The notes beneath the pieces are model-generated. The model made no database searches and was not told the DNA's origin. It saw only the letters and a program-made list of their open reading frames with translations. Positions 24,791 to 37,790 of a DNA stretch of 64,000 nt are shown here, one piece after another. Source of the stretch: Octopus sinensis (Eukaryota); assembly GCF_006345805.1 (NCBI RefSeq), contig NC_043008.1:29636001-29700000 (forward strand), written 5' to 3'. How positions within the stretch are numbered: position 1 is the stretch's first letter; each line of letters opens with the position of its first letter. Both the position numbers and the translations under genes were made by a program.

Positions 24791-26462
24791 CACTCTGTAT
24801 ATATTTAATTATGAATATACGCAAAAGTGGGCATTGTAAAATGTGTGCAAAATTTCTAGGCCTTAGAATCTATCCATCATAGGATCACCATTGCTATATC
24901 TTTGGTCCTAGTTATTCCTCTAACCTCCTTTCTATAACTTTGATCCAGATTATTCCTCTATCCTCCTTGCAAGTATGAATGTTTGTTTGTAAGTGTGGGA
25001 ACATATTTTAGAAAATATTCATAGAATTGTTGTTGAAATTTGGGTTTATTAAAGGTTTATAATAACGATTTTCATGTATTTTGTGGAGAAGGTAAGGATA
25101 GGATACTAAATGTTGCTAGTTATTTTTTTATGCTGAAGCATTAGGAAAGCAAAAAGAAAATCTCTTTGTTTGGAATGTTAGATACTAGAGTGTTTGCGAG
25201 TATTTGTGGTGCTATCAGTGTATACATAGGGAATATTAGCTGTTACATATATATGCAATTTCGCACTTTTCTCGCTGAGAATGCCGCATGTTTTTCAATA
25301 ACTTCTCGTTCGTATAAATAGTATAATTCCTTTGGAACACTAAAAATCTCTTGAAAATATGTTTGATTGAAAGTATCCACTGGAGATTAGACGTGCAATA
25401 GAACGTTATTTTATACATTTTCCGTGTAAATATAATCGCGATCTTTCCACTATAAACTCAAAACTTAACCCTAAACGCTACAGACTAATATAAAATCTTA
25501 TTCTGAGTCCTTAAACATAGTTGTAAAATAATTTTCTTCGGAGAATTGTTTAAAACGAGACGTGAATAAAAACACATTCAGTTGGAAGATGAAATTCGTA
25601 CATATATCTGCATCATTACATCTAGCTAGCTAGCTATCTATATAGATCCCCTTCTCTCTCATTCTCTCTTTCTTTTACTCTTCCCTACACAGGGGTATGC
25701 ACACACACTTTTATATCTGACTGCCTCCTGTATACACACGCACCTGAAATGGACACAGCAACACACATGTACGAACACAAGTTACTTGTAGACCTTATAT
25801 AGGAACAAACAAACAAAAAAAAACTTCTATACGCAGACCGTTGTACACACACACAATTACACTCACAGTTCCGATAGCTTCACAATAACCGCACACAAAC
25901 ATACGTTAGAGAGCCAAGTACACATATATGTGCATGTCCTCACACAGGCACTTAAACACACATAAATAGACGAAGTACACACACTCACACATCACTTCAC
26001 TTACACGTACTTCTACACACATGTACACACATGTTCCCATACAAACACATACACTCGCTCACTTTTCAAACTCAAACACATGATTGACAACACACAAACT
26101 TACACACGAATTCATTCATTGATACGTATAAACACGCACACATCTTCTCACGCACACGCACACGTTTACCCCGTTAATGTTGTATCCCCTGTCACTCATG
26201 CCTATCTCATTCCTTTCGATGAATCTAGAGTGTAGCACAATTGATTCAAATACATTTTTGTCTCTCAATTGTTTCTCAATCTCTTTTCTCTCCTCATTCC
26301 TTTCTGTTCAATGACGTAGGCAGGAAACGCTACAAATTTCTTTCATCTTTCCTGAGCGTTCAACTACTGCACGCTATATGTTGTTCTTTCAAGTGTTTCT
26401 GCTTTTTGTTCTCTTTTGAAACACACATTTGTGTGTGTATGTGTGTGTGTGTATAGATACAT

Positions 26463-26516
<54 letters not shown>

Positions 26517-26582
26517 GCATATACATATATATATACATATATACATACATATATATATGCGTATATGTGTTTGTGTGCATTT

Positions 26583-26632
<50 letters not shown>

Positions 26633-27115
26633 AATTTTAAACCTGGTGTTTAACGTGTTAAGCTCATCCACATTTAATGGCTTCCAGACAGTGTAATCTG
26701 GAGATCATTTGTACTAAGAAACAAATTTCTAAAAATCCACAGGTATCCATAGAGTTTCATAAGGTGAAATAAGAAGAATGGAGTGAGCAACTCATTTTAC
26801 TACTTCCATTTACAATTGGTTTATCTTAATTCAAAACTATCTATCTTGAAACAATATATAATGTTACATGCAACTATCGATTATTTTCCGTGTGGCATTC
26901 ATGTTAGCTCGAATAACATGAATAAGATTCATCAAGATTGCCTATAAAATAATATGCGTATTATTTTTTACGCAATTTTGAAGAATCCTATTCAACATGG
27001 CTTACTAGAGTTAATCAGAATGGCACACAGGAAATAATCAATAATTGCATGTATACTAATATAATGTTGCAAGACTAATTCGCTTGAAACAATGGTAATT
27101 TATAGTAAAATGCCT

Positions 27116-27180
<65 letters not shown>

Positions 27181-27715
27181 CTTCATATTTGTCATTATAT
27201 ATATATGTGTATGTATGCATGTATGTATCTATATATTTACGTATGCATGTTCTGCGTTGATTTTTTAAGTTCTTGAGACATTACACTGATTGCTATTAAA
27301 GCGACAACACATTTGAAGATTAGAGTGTTTCTTGAACTGGCAATGCACACAATAAAGTAAGTCTATCTTTTCATCGAAATAAACTTAGACATTTTTGGAG
27401 TGTCTTACAAATTTTCCCTGTGTCAGTGATGGAATTGGATTTCGAAAATTCGTGTCAGTTTCTCTTGTGGGATAATAGTAATAATGGTACACACCTCGGA
27501 CGTGACCAGTGGTATGTGATAGCCGCTATAAATAAGAGGACTTCGATCAGTATAAAAAGAGAGTACGAAGTAATGCACTCTCAGTTATGTTGACACATTT
27601 TATCCAAGCATATTTTTTGGTTTTCTAAAATTTTAAACAGGTAATAGAAATACAATACGAATCGTCAGAGTAGGATATATTTCGTCCCTTGAGATGTGAA
27701 ATCTATCAACTAAGA

Positions 27716-28560
27716 ATCTTACTATAATGGGTGTTATGTCCGTCTGTCTGTACTTCTATCTATCTGTTCCCTATTGACTGCCAGCCGTCTAGACAAATGG
27801 TCACGATGTTTTTCGTCATTACGAAGGAGGTAATGAGGAAGGTTTTTAGCGAAAAATGTGTGAAAAACTGTTATTATCTAGTGAATTGAAGTTTTGTATT
27901 AATAAATCCCCTTTGATATTTATTAGTTTTTTTGTTAATATCCCGGTGACGAGGATTAACTCTGAAATCTATTCCCCCACTCCCGTATATTTCGTGAATT
28001 TAAAGGGTGTAGATATCCAATACTATCCCTTTATTTCATATCGTGGATAGGTAGATTTGCCATCTCACAATAATGGGTGTTATGTCAGTCTGTCTGTCCG
28101 TCTCTCCGTCACTTTGTCTCTTCCCTCTTCACAGCCAGACGGCTGGTCCAGCGGTTACGATATTTTCCGGGATTACAAAGGTGTTCGTCAGGAAGGATTT
28201 TAGCATTAAAAAAATCAGAAAGTACGATTATTTTGTGGATATCGCTTTTTGTATTGATAAATCACCTTTGCCTTTTTATTAAAAATTCACCGAGCAAGAG
28301 TGACTCTGGATTTTCATCGTATAGTCCGTGGCTTCATCATTGATATAAAGGGGGTCACGAGGACGGTTAGTGATGAAAATAAAATGGCAAAAGTATGTCA
28401 GTATATAGTGTGCGTGATTATTTACTGGTTATTGAAGTGTATCAGTCTCGAGCAGGATTCGAAACGGCTCGTCAGAGTGGCTGTTATTTACATCTTAAAT
28501 TTGTCAATCAAAATAATCACTGTACCAGAACATCCAAACATTATTCGCAGAGGGCAGTAA
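27716..28560 (+). mobile_element. Two adjacent, related Helitron-like non-autonomous elements (starts ~27716 and ~28062)
   Basis: Both begin TC...ataatgggtgttatgtc.gtctgtctgt, the same architecture as 61542-61929. 3' ends are degenerate or unclear. Confidence 0.4.
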
Positions 28561-30915
28561 TATGTGAGTCTTAGTTTGATTTTTTTGCAGACCTAAAGAC
28601 TCCGCTCGCGTATCACAACAAAAAAAGCATAGGGCCAGACTTTAGATCACGTAGGTGTAATTTAACCCACTCCGATGTTTACACTCGGCCAGTTATACGT
28701 CGCTATGAGCAGAGCGACGGACTCCAGCAATTTGAAAATTAGACTCAACCAAACAGAAAATATCATCTGCAAAGAAGTTTTGTAATCATATTGAGATTAT
28801 CAAAAGAAATATGATTCATAATCTAAATTGAATTATAATTTGTGAACTTGGGGTGTATAAGACTATAAACAAAAGTAAAATAGTGTAAACAACTAAAATA
28901 AATGTATATATAAATAGCATTTTTTAATTAATTCTTTTAATGCAGTGGACAAAGGAAGCTCTGGCTTTCGTTAGAGGAATGGTTCACATAATCATTAATG
29001 ATACAGCGGCTGGGAGCCTATTTCTGGTAGGAATCGAATCGTCATTACATCTCATTTAGTCGCAAACACATGTCATATAGCTGCAATATAATGCTGTATC
29101 ACCAACAAGAATATGATTTCTCTAAGACATCACCCAGTAATCTATCAAGTCCATTTACACATTTCCTAATACATACTGCTCCTGTAACTTCCCTTCCTCA
29201 CTTTATTTCTCCATCGTCGATGGGTAGATTTGTTAGTAAGAGTAATTGCATTATAATACTTGCGAATCATAATGTCCGGAACAGAGGATAATCATGGATG
29301 TTCATAATACGGTCTTATTCTATAAAGCTTGAGAAGTGCCGCTGGATATCCTGTCTAGAGATTTAAGCATTCCTAAGCAGCTAGAACTTTACATTTGTAA
29401 TTATTATGCATTTGTTTCAAAAGTAGTTAAGTTTGAATCATCCTGAAATTAGTTATAAACAATTAAATTAAAATTATTATTTGAACTTATGAGAAATTTA
29501 TAATGCAAAAGTAACGTCATACAATGAGTACTTCAAAACATTCTCGTTGACATTATACGAAGATTAGTGAGGAAAATATGAAATACAAATTTAACTTCAA
29601 TCAGCTAAAGAATCGTAATGAAATTTCACTCATTTATTGGATTTCTAAATTACGCGAAAATTCTATATCTGGTGTCAAAATTTCCACATCACAAAGCTAC
29701 TTAAAGCTAAGGATAAGAAATTTATTAAATGTATAGCTAAAAATCTAAAAGTGCCTCTTGCCATAAGCAAACATTGAACTACAGAGAATAAATATTGAAT
29801 TTTTCCCAATGTAAACATATATAATGCATTAAAAAAAAAATCAAAGTTATTGAAACAAAATTTATACATATGAAATCGAAGAGAGAAATACGATTTCACG
29901 ACAAGACAAACTTGAAACTGATGAAAGAAATTGAAAAATGCTGGTCTCATATTGATATTAAATGCAAATAAACATTGGAATGTTGCTAAAAAGTTTACAT
30001 TATATAAAAATAATTATACTGAATTGATGTTACACTGAGACTGCATTTATAAAATTATGCAAACATTTTTACTTTCTATATAAATATATATGTATTTCAC
30101 AAAAATTATCTGCTCTTTAAAAACGTATTTATTACTAACATAATATGTTGAATAAATATAGTTACATTCGGGGAAACAGTTACAATATCTTACAGGAAAA
30201 GAGATTTATTTATAAGTACAGCAATTTTTTAGTTAATATTCATTAAAAGGAATTATACAGAAAATAAAAGAATTGTATCCAACTGGTAAAGGAATTCAAG
30301 AAATTTTCAAAAAAACCAAACATATATCAAGATCTATATGTTAACATGAAATATCACATATATCGGATTTGATGTAATTAGTAGTTATAGCAAATCCAAA
30401 CACGCGCATAAATCTAATGTAATAAATGCGAATGCCAGTCTGTCAGTGTGTCACACTTTTTCCACTTTACTCTTAGAGGCCGAAACTCAACATATCATAG
30501 CATTTTGGAATGAATTTAAAACATTCCGGGCCACATCTATTCCCGCAATCTTGAAATTTTGGATTCTTAAATTTTCGTTACGGGCAGAAAAAGTAAGTAA
30601 AATTCAAGGAGAGATAACTAAGAATAGAAGCTATGGACAACACCAAAGTAAGAGTTATGACACTCAATTGGGATAACAGGCAAGCCAAAAACGTGATGTG
30701 ACATACACACAAAATATCATCTACCATGAAGTACTGTGAGGAAGACCACCGCACTAGCTAGCATCACCAAAACACAAGCCGCACCAACATTTCACTTCCA
30801 CATTAGACCAGTAAGATCGGCGAATCAGTTAGGGGCTCGCTGGATCCCTCTCGGCATACCAGCAAATCACAAAATCGCACCAGCCAACATCACTACTACC
30901 TCTGAGCTCATCATA

Positions 30916-31877
30916 CGAGGGGCGTTCAATAAGTAATGCCCCTGACCCACTTCCCATAGAAGTAGAGCAACGAAACTTGGCACAGTTATTAGTCTCTTTC
31001 TACATAGGAACCACCCAGAGTTACGCATTTCTCCCATCGTTTGATGCAGCTCTGAAGACCGTTTTTGTAGAAGACCCCCAGCTTGGTCCTCCAACCACGA
31101 CGTGACTTCAGAAGACTGTGAGCATGACCTTGCAAGCAGAGGGCTGCACCCTTGCCTTCTTTAGAGGAGGTGAGTCACGGTGCTTCCACTGCATTGACTG
31201 GGCTTTGGTCTCTGGATCATAATGATGGACTCAGGTTTCATCTTGTGTAATCAGTCTTTTGAAAAATTTTGACTTATCTTCTTGGCACATCTTGAAATTC
31301 ATCCTCGCGCAATCGACGCGTTCTTGCTTCTTGAAAGGTGTGAGCAACCTGGGAATCCATCTCGCAGACATCTCGCATATGCAAATGGTCATAAATGATA
31401 GTTTCCACAGACCCGGTACTAATCTTGACCTCATGGGCTATTTGGCGAATAGTTATGCGTCGATCTTCCAAAATGGCAGCCTCAACTTGACGGACAGATG
31501 CCTCATCAATGGCAGAAGGGGGCGACCAGATTTGGGAGCTGTTTCCACAAAGTTCCAACCATGTTTGAATTCACGATGCCAGCGTTTTACAAGGTCATAT
31601 GATGGGGCATCATCACCATAAGTTACTTTTATTTCATCAACAGTCTCCCGTGATGTGCGTCCTTTCAAATACAAAAACCGCATCACTGCTCGACTCGCAA
31701 CAGGCTCAGTTTCACACTTGACTCAGTGCAAACACCTGTAAATCAGAAACCACAATTAGTTCAGGGCTGTAATTTGCCACTTAATCTATAGAGATAAGAA
31801 TAATTGCACATGCAAAATTTCAGCTAGATCAAACAACTGCAAGTTGGTCAGAGGCATTACTTATTGAACGTCCCTCG
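30916..31877 (-). mobile_element. Internally deleted mariner element (962 bp) with ~25-bp TIRs and TA flanks
   Basis: TIRs cgaggggcgttcaataagtaatgcc and ggcattacttattgaacgtccctcg. Transposase remnants MRFLYLKG..., SGRP, WIPRLLT, LITQDETWVHHYDPETK, KVMLTVF, then a jump to the C-terminal RWEKCV...GSYVEK. Confidence 0.95.
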
Positions 31878-31932
<55 letters not shown>

Positions 31933-32004
31933 TGTATGTATGTATGTATGTATGTATGTATGTATGTATGTATGTATGCATGTATGTATATATATATATG
32001 TATG

Positions 32005-32212
32005 TGTGTTTGTGTCTGTGTTTGTCCCACCACCACCATTGCTTGGCAACCGATGATGGTGCGTTTGTAATTTCGCCATTCAGCAGAAGCGCCTGAAGAA
32101 TAAGCACCAGGCTTACAGGGAATAAGTCCATGGGTAAATTTCTTCTAAAAGGTGGTGCTCCATCATGGCCATCGTCAAATGACTGAAACAAGTAAAAGAA
32201 TAAAAGAATAAT
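32005..32212 (+). mobile_element. 3' half of OR-like SINE
   Basis: tgtgtttgtcccc...ttggcaaccgatg...gtgctccatcatggcc...aaatgactgaaacaagtaaaagaataaaag. Confidence 0.8.
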
Positions 32213-32286
32213 AAAAAAACTTTCTTTGAATATGTATGATGTATTTTAAGGTTAAATAGTATTTCCGTTTACGTTTGTGTAACTGA

Positions 32287-32395
32287 GTGGGCCAGTTGAT
32301 TAGATCGACCCCAGTACACAACTGGTACTTAATTTATCGACCCCGAAAGAATGAAAGGCACAGTCGATCTCGGCAGAATTTGAACTCAGAACGTA
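32287..32395 (-). mobile_element. OK-like SINE fragment
   Basis: tcgaccccagtacacaactggtacttaatttatcgaccccgaaagaatgaaaggc...ggcagaatttgaactcagaacg. Confidence 0.8.
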
Positions 32396-32989
32396 AAGAC
32401 AGACAAAAATTTCTCATGGCACCAGCACACTGTTTACAGTTGCTTACATTTTTTATGTTTTCCGTGAATTTTTCACAGGTCCAGCTAGTTACTAGTGTTA
32501 CAAGTAATAGTAGTATTTGCAGTAACAGTAGTTGCAGCAGCAGTAAGGCGGCACTAGTAGTATCATTGGTTGTAGTGTTAGTATTAGCGGTGGTAGAGGA
32601 GGTGGTATTAGTGATATTATTATTGCAAATGTTAATAGTTGTGTTCATGGTAGGAGTCTTATTAATAGCAATATTTTCAGTATTGGTAATATTGCCTTGG
32701 GTGTTAGCATCAATATTATTGCTAGTCCTATTACGAGTTGACGTATATGTATTATTAGTTGTTGTGGTTATAATGTAATTAGTATTGTTAGTATCAGTGT
32801 GCCTATTAATGTTTGCGTCGGTTTGAGCTATGAGCCCAATGCTCTCCGTGCTAGGGACCTTATTATGTATGATTAAGTTGTCTACACTGCTCGATCCAGG
32901 AGTATTAAGTATGTTATTGCGATCGGTGTTAATGATTTCATTGTGTAGGTCTATGGTAGGGTTGTAAGTATTTAGGTAGTAAGAGCTAA

Positions 32990-33200
32990 GTTTACGTTTA
33001 TTAGATGATGTGATAATAGATTCTATATTTGGTGTAGATGAGTAGGATAATTTCAAAGTGGATCTGTTAAAGATAGAATGGTACTTATGGTTACGTGGGA
33101 AACTGGATTCTGCTATTTTAAAGAATGCTTTAGCAAGGCCCATAAAGTTTAAAGCGAATGGAGGTGAATACCAGATAATAGATCCTCCGCCGCTTTTATT
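32990..33200 (-). mobile_element. PLE fragment of a different (Neptune-like) lineage inside the 357-aa ORF 32334-33407
   Basis: IIWYSPPF...AFFKIAESSFPRNHKYHSIFNRSTLKLSYSSTPNIESIITSSN matches the recalled PLE linker consensus IIWFNPPF...KHFP..H..HKIFNRNTVKVSYSCMPN. Confidence 0.75.
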
Positions 33201-33869
33201 AGGAAAGTTAGGAGAGGTGTAATTTCTAGTAAATGTTAGAGGAGAGTTGGAGAGTCTAGTATTAGTATTTGTGTCTGTAGATCGAGTGTTTTGTGTGTAG
33301 GTGTTAGGTAGGCAAGATTGTCTGATCGTAGTAGGACGGTTTGGATTTCGCACGCGTACAACACTATATCGGGATTTTAATCCACATGGAACCACGCAGG
33401 ATTGCACCTAATCTCTTTTGCTCTTTTTCCTACAACATCGGGAAGTTGAACTGTGAACGTTTATGCTTTTCTTTTACTTTCTCAACCTCTCCTTATTCTT
33501 TTACTCCCTTCCTGTATGTCGTCAATCAATAATATATACTATTCTCATTTTCCCTATTTTTCCGTATTTGTCACTGATGACGGAATATCCCGTACTCGGG
33601 AATATCTCAATATTATATACGACTTCACATGTTTGCCGTGCCTTAATGTTTACTGTCCTGTTTAACAATTATATATCCACTGCATCGGAAATCTGCAATG
33701 GCTCCATAACTACCATCTCGGCAAAAACATTAGAGCCCTAGTAATCCGTTAGAGCACGTACCTAGTGCACGTAATCGTTTAGATCACCTATGAACTAAAC
33801 CTCCATAAGTTGTGTGAGTATATGTGTGTCTATGCTTGTGTGTGTTTGTGTGTGTGTGTAGGTATGTGT

Positions 33870-34080
33870 GTGTGTTTGTATGTCTGTGTTTGTCCCCCAA
33901 CATCACTTGACAACACTTGCTGGTGTTTTTATGTCCCCGGAACCTAGTGTCGCAAAAGACACCGAGAGAATGAATACTAGGCTTACAAAGTATAAGTCAT
34001 GGGGTCGATTTGCTCGACTAAAGGCGGTGCTCCAGCATGGCCGCAGTCAAATGACTGAAACATGCAAAAGAATAAAAGAA
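33870..34080 (+). mobile_element. 3' half of OR-like SINE
   Basis: Same tail as 46080-46290, including ggtcgatttgctcgactaaaggcggtgctccagcatggccgcagtcaaatgactgaaac. Confidence 0.85.
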
Positions 34081-34959
34081 TATATATAAACAATATGAGA
34101 GACTACTATGTGGATCCATTGTAAACTAAAAATAGACGCCAAACCACGAAATCTGTGTTAAATGTTTACGAGCTAGACAAATGAAATAAACATAGCACTT
34201 AATTCCGTACCTTACGGTTTCGATATGAAATTGTGTCTCCTCAGTGAAATCGGTGCTGACACAACAATGGAACTGGACACAACCTATCTCCGTGAGAGGA
34301 CACGAATGTATAGTGTTCCAGTATCCCAGTATTATATTTCGAAAAATGTTCGTTTTGGATTAAATATTTCCGGAACTCATAGCTTGCGCGCCCAAAATGT
34401 ATTCGATATCGAGGATAAAATAAATGTCTTGCCAATATTTTCACTCTAATCAGTTTTCTATTCTCAACTGTATACTACGCAAACATTTAAAAAAAAACAT
34501 GATTTTTAATAATTTTGTTTATATTTAGTCGAAAATAATTTGGTTGACATATTTTAAATATAAGATAGAAAACGCATGTCTATATTTCGTGTTTCAATTA
34601 ATTTTACATATTTCTAATTTTTCTGCAATAATATAATTATGGTCTCCATCTTTAATTTCACAGTACATCAGTATCCTGGAATTAAATCAATATTGTTCGT
34701 AATGTCTTGATTTTAATTGAAAATTTTATTCTTCCATTAAAGATATTCTTTTTTCGCTTGCACCAACCAAATATTTAACGGTTAATATAATTGAAAGCTG
34801 ATAAATTCAAGATTCCTTCTTTTCAAGTTTGCAATTCAATTCGCAAGTGTGCAGATGAATAATTATGTACGTAAAAACACAAGCACGTGCGCAGTTGTCA
34901 TAATCTGATTACAAGCTTTGGTACTAATATTAATAATAGTTGAAGTACTGACGATACAC

Positions 34960-35165
34960 TTTTATTCTTTTATTTTGTTGCGTTCTTCATTCAGTCGACT
35001 ACGACAATGCTGGGCCACCACCTTGAAGATTTTTTGTCGAATGAACCGACCCCAGAGCTTTTACTAAAGCCGGGTACTTATTCTATCTCTCTCTTTTGCC
35101 GAATTGCTGTTATGAGAACTAAACACACCAACACTGTTTGGTAGGCAGTGATGGAAGACAAACAC
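34960..35165 (-). mobile_element. 3' half of OR-like SINE (degenerate)
   Basis: Reverse complement of the same tail family (caatgctgggccaccacctt...tcgaatgaaccgacccc...cttattcta). Confidence 0.7.
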
Positions 35166-35219
35166 AGATGCAAATACATACACACACATACAAACACATA
35201 CACAAACACACACATACAC

Positions 35220-36587
35220 ATTAGGCCACTCCAATATTTTGGGTTTCTGCTATCACACAGTACACTATGGAATATTTCACTATATACATTAGTTTTAATA
35301 TCTGGCTGCCCCTCCTTTAGCATCAATCCCGCTTTTATACGGTTAAGCATTGAATCAACTAGCTTCTTGCAGGTCTTAGGCACAATGTTACTCCATTTTT
35401 CTCTCAACCTTTGTTACAAATGCTCTTTATTTTTAATTGTTGTGTTCCTGATAGCTTCACCAAGAGTTCCCGTAGATGTTCAATTGGATTTAGAGCGGGA
35501 CTTTGATGAGTATTCTTTGCTATATGACATGGAACGTCGTCCTGTTGAAAGATAATGCTGTTTTTCGACACTCCTGGATGCAATTCAGGAATCTAAGGCT
35601 CTAAAACATATAACATAGAAACATAGATAGCGGAATTTATCCTTCCCCAACATAAAAACATTTCTCTAGGTCCTATGGCAGACATGCAGGCCCACACCAT
35701 GATAGAACCACTCCCATATTTTACGGTTGGCACAAGACGTTCAGCCTTAAATGCTTCCCAACTCTGCAATGCACTAAAATTGCACCGAATGTACCGAAAA
35801 CCTGAGTAAAAACTTAACAAATAATATTAACTTCATGTTGGATATTTCTTTTTATATATTTTGGGCAACAAAGCAGTTTCATTAATTTTATATGTTGATT
35901 GAATACATGTACTATCTTACCTCATATTTACTTTTATCAGACCATATGACTTTTGACCGTTGCTAACTGTTCCAATTTGAGTGGGATTTGGCCTACTGAA
36001 GACGTTTTTCCATATTCGCTTCAGAACCAAATGGGTTCTTCCTGGCTTTATAGCGTTTCAGAACGTACTGTTCAAGCCTTCTTCTAACAGTTCTAGGTGA
36101 TATTTGTGAGGTATTTGCCTTGTTGAAGTCCGCACAGTTTTCTGCCTGTTCTTTGTATTTTCTTCACGTCTTTTATCTCTCTTAAGAGCTTGAGAGTCGT
36201 TTGCAACGCAAACATTTCATCTTCTGAGCAATTTGTATTTGATACATTCCATCTTCATGATAAGCTACGATTTGACCTCGCTCACACTCACTCAACTACC
36301 TTGTTTTAGGCATTTTACTGTTTATTAACTATACCTACGATGTATTTTAGCATGAAATTCTGAAATAATAAAGGAAACATAAGTTAATTTTGGACGTTGG
36401 TCTTACTCATAATTAGTTGCATATGTACAGTAGAAAAAAGGTAATTGATGCTAAAAGAGGGTCAACCAGATATTAAAAGTAATGTATATTGTGAAATATA
36501 CCATAACCTACCATGTGCACAAGTTTCATTAACATTGAGATAGCATAACCTCAAAACATTTGGGTGGACTAATACTTTTCGCCAAGA

Positions 36588-36592
<5 letters not shown>
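35220..36592 (-). mobile_element. Decayed Tc1-like (DD34E) transposon; transposase pseudogene 36313-35295 with putative intron 35920-35802
   Basis: MPKTR*LSECERGQIV..., RTVRRRL, KVIWSDKSK, PTVKYGSGSIMVWAC, FQQDDVPCH, QSPALNPIEH, AKGGAARY*. Degenerate TIRs attaggccactccaatattttg... (35220, outer part missing) and ...caaaacatttgggtggactaat...gactgtg followed by TA. Confidence 0.9.
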
Positions 36593-36644
<52 letters not shown>

Positions 36645-36764
36645 GTGTGTGTGTGTGTGTTGTGTGTGGTGTGTGTGTGTGTGGTGTGTGTGTGTGGTGT
36701 GTGTGTGTGTGTGTGTGAGTGTGTGTGTGTGTGTATAATTATACATATATATATTCGTTGGTAT

Positions 36765-36890
36765 TCTTTTAGTTTCTCTCTACCAAATCCAATCGCAAAG
36801 ATTTCGTTGGCCCGAGGTTATAGTAGAAGACACCTGCCCATGTGGCTTGAAAGCAATATTCTTATCACACAGCCACGAGTAGCACCTTGC
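36765..36890 (-). mobile_element. 5' half of OR-like SINE (degenerate)
   Basis: ctaccaaatcca...ggcccgaggttatagtagaagacacctgccca. Confidence 0.7.
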
Positions 36891-37656
36891 ATTTATTCAT
36901 TTTGTCAATCGAAGATTAATAAAGAGAGCCTTCACCAACTCCTAGATGTTTTCAAAAGCGAATGCTTCATCTAACCATACTTTCTACGATAATGATGACG
37001 ATGATCATATTGGTGGTGGTGGTGGTTTTGGTGATAATGATGATGATGTTGGCAGAGATGGTAGTGTTGGTAATGTTGATGATGATGACGTTGGTAATGT
37101 TGATGACGATGACGCTGATGACGATCACGACGAGAACTACGATAATGATGATAAGGATGATGATAAATGACGACGACGTATAATGGTTATGGCAGTATAT
37201 ATATAATGAAATAAATCTTTAAATAAGAATCGAATTCACAAATAAAATTTAAAAAAGAAACAGCTGCACTGATTCACACGTTAATCAACTACGCATACAG
37301 AAATGTATAAAATAAAAATGAGGTATAAACTCAGAAGTGGTCAACAAGTGTAGAAAGTCACGGAAATGTGATAATTAAGGAGTTTGTTCCTAGCCATAAA
37401 AGTACAAAAATACCATTAAAGATTAAGTGAAATAAGTGCATTCTTTAAGTATTATAACTTCATATCCATTTTATTTTTCGACGATTTGTCATAAGGATTT
37501 CGACTTCATAGTTCTGTGACTCGGCATTAAGTACTTTTCTTTCAGCATTCTATAATTCTATAGTAATTATCACATCAATATTACCCATACAAACACACAC
37601 ACGCGCACCCCCCACACGCCCTACACACACCACACACATATATATCGATGTATATA

Positions 37657-37790
<134 letters not shown>

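Noticed and set aside
27428-29030. Isolated plus-strand exon-like segments (MELDFENSCQFLLWDNSNNG..., WTKEALAFVRGMVHIIIND...)
   Set aside because: They cannot be linked into a frame-consistent model or matched to a known family, and such sites arise often in AT-rich DNA.
33570-33605. CTGATGA-CGG aatatc CCG near the Neptune-like PLE fragment
   Set aside because: GAAA is absent (GTAC) and stems I/III are unclear; at most a dead relic, so not called.
36980-37180. Asp/Gly-rich ORF (36946-37170)
   Set aside because: Degenerate (GAT/GGT/GAC)n tract with no splice or homology support.
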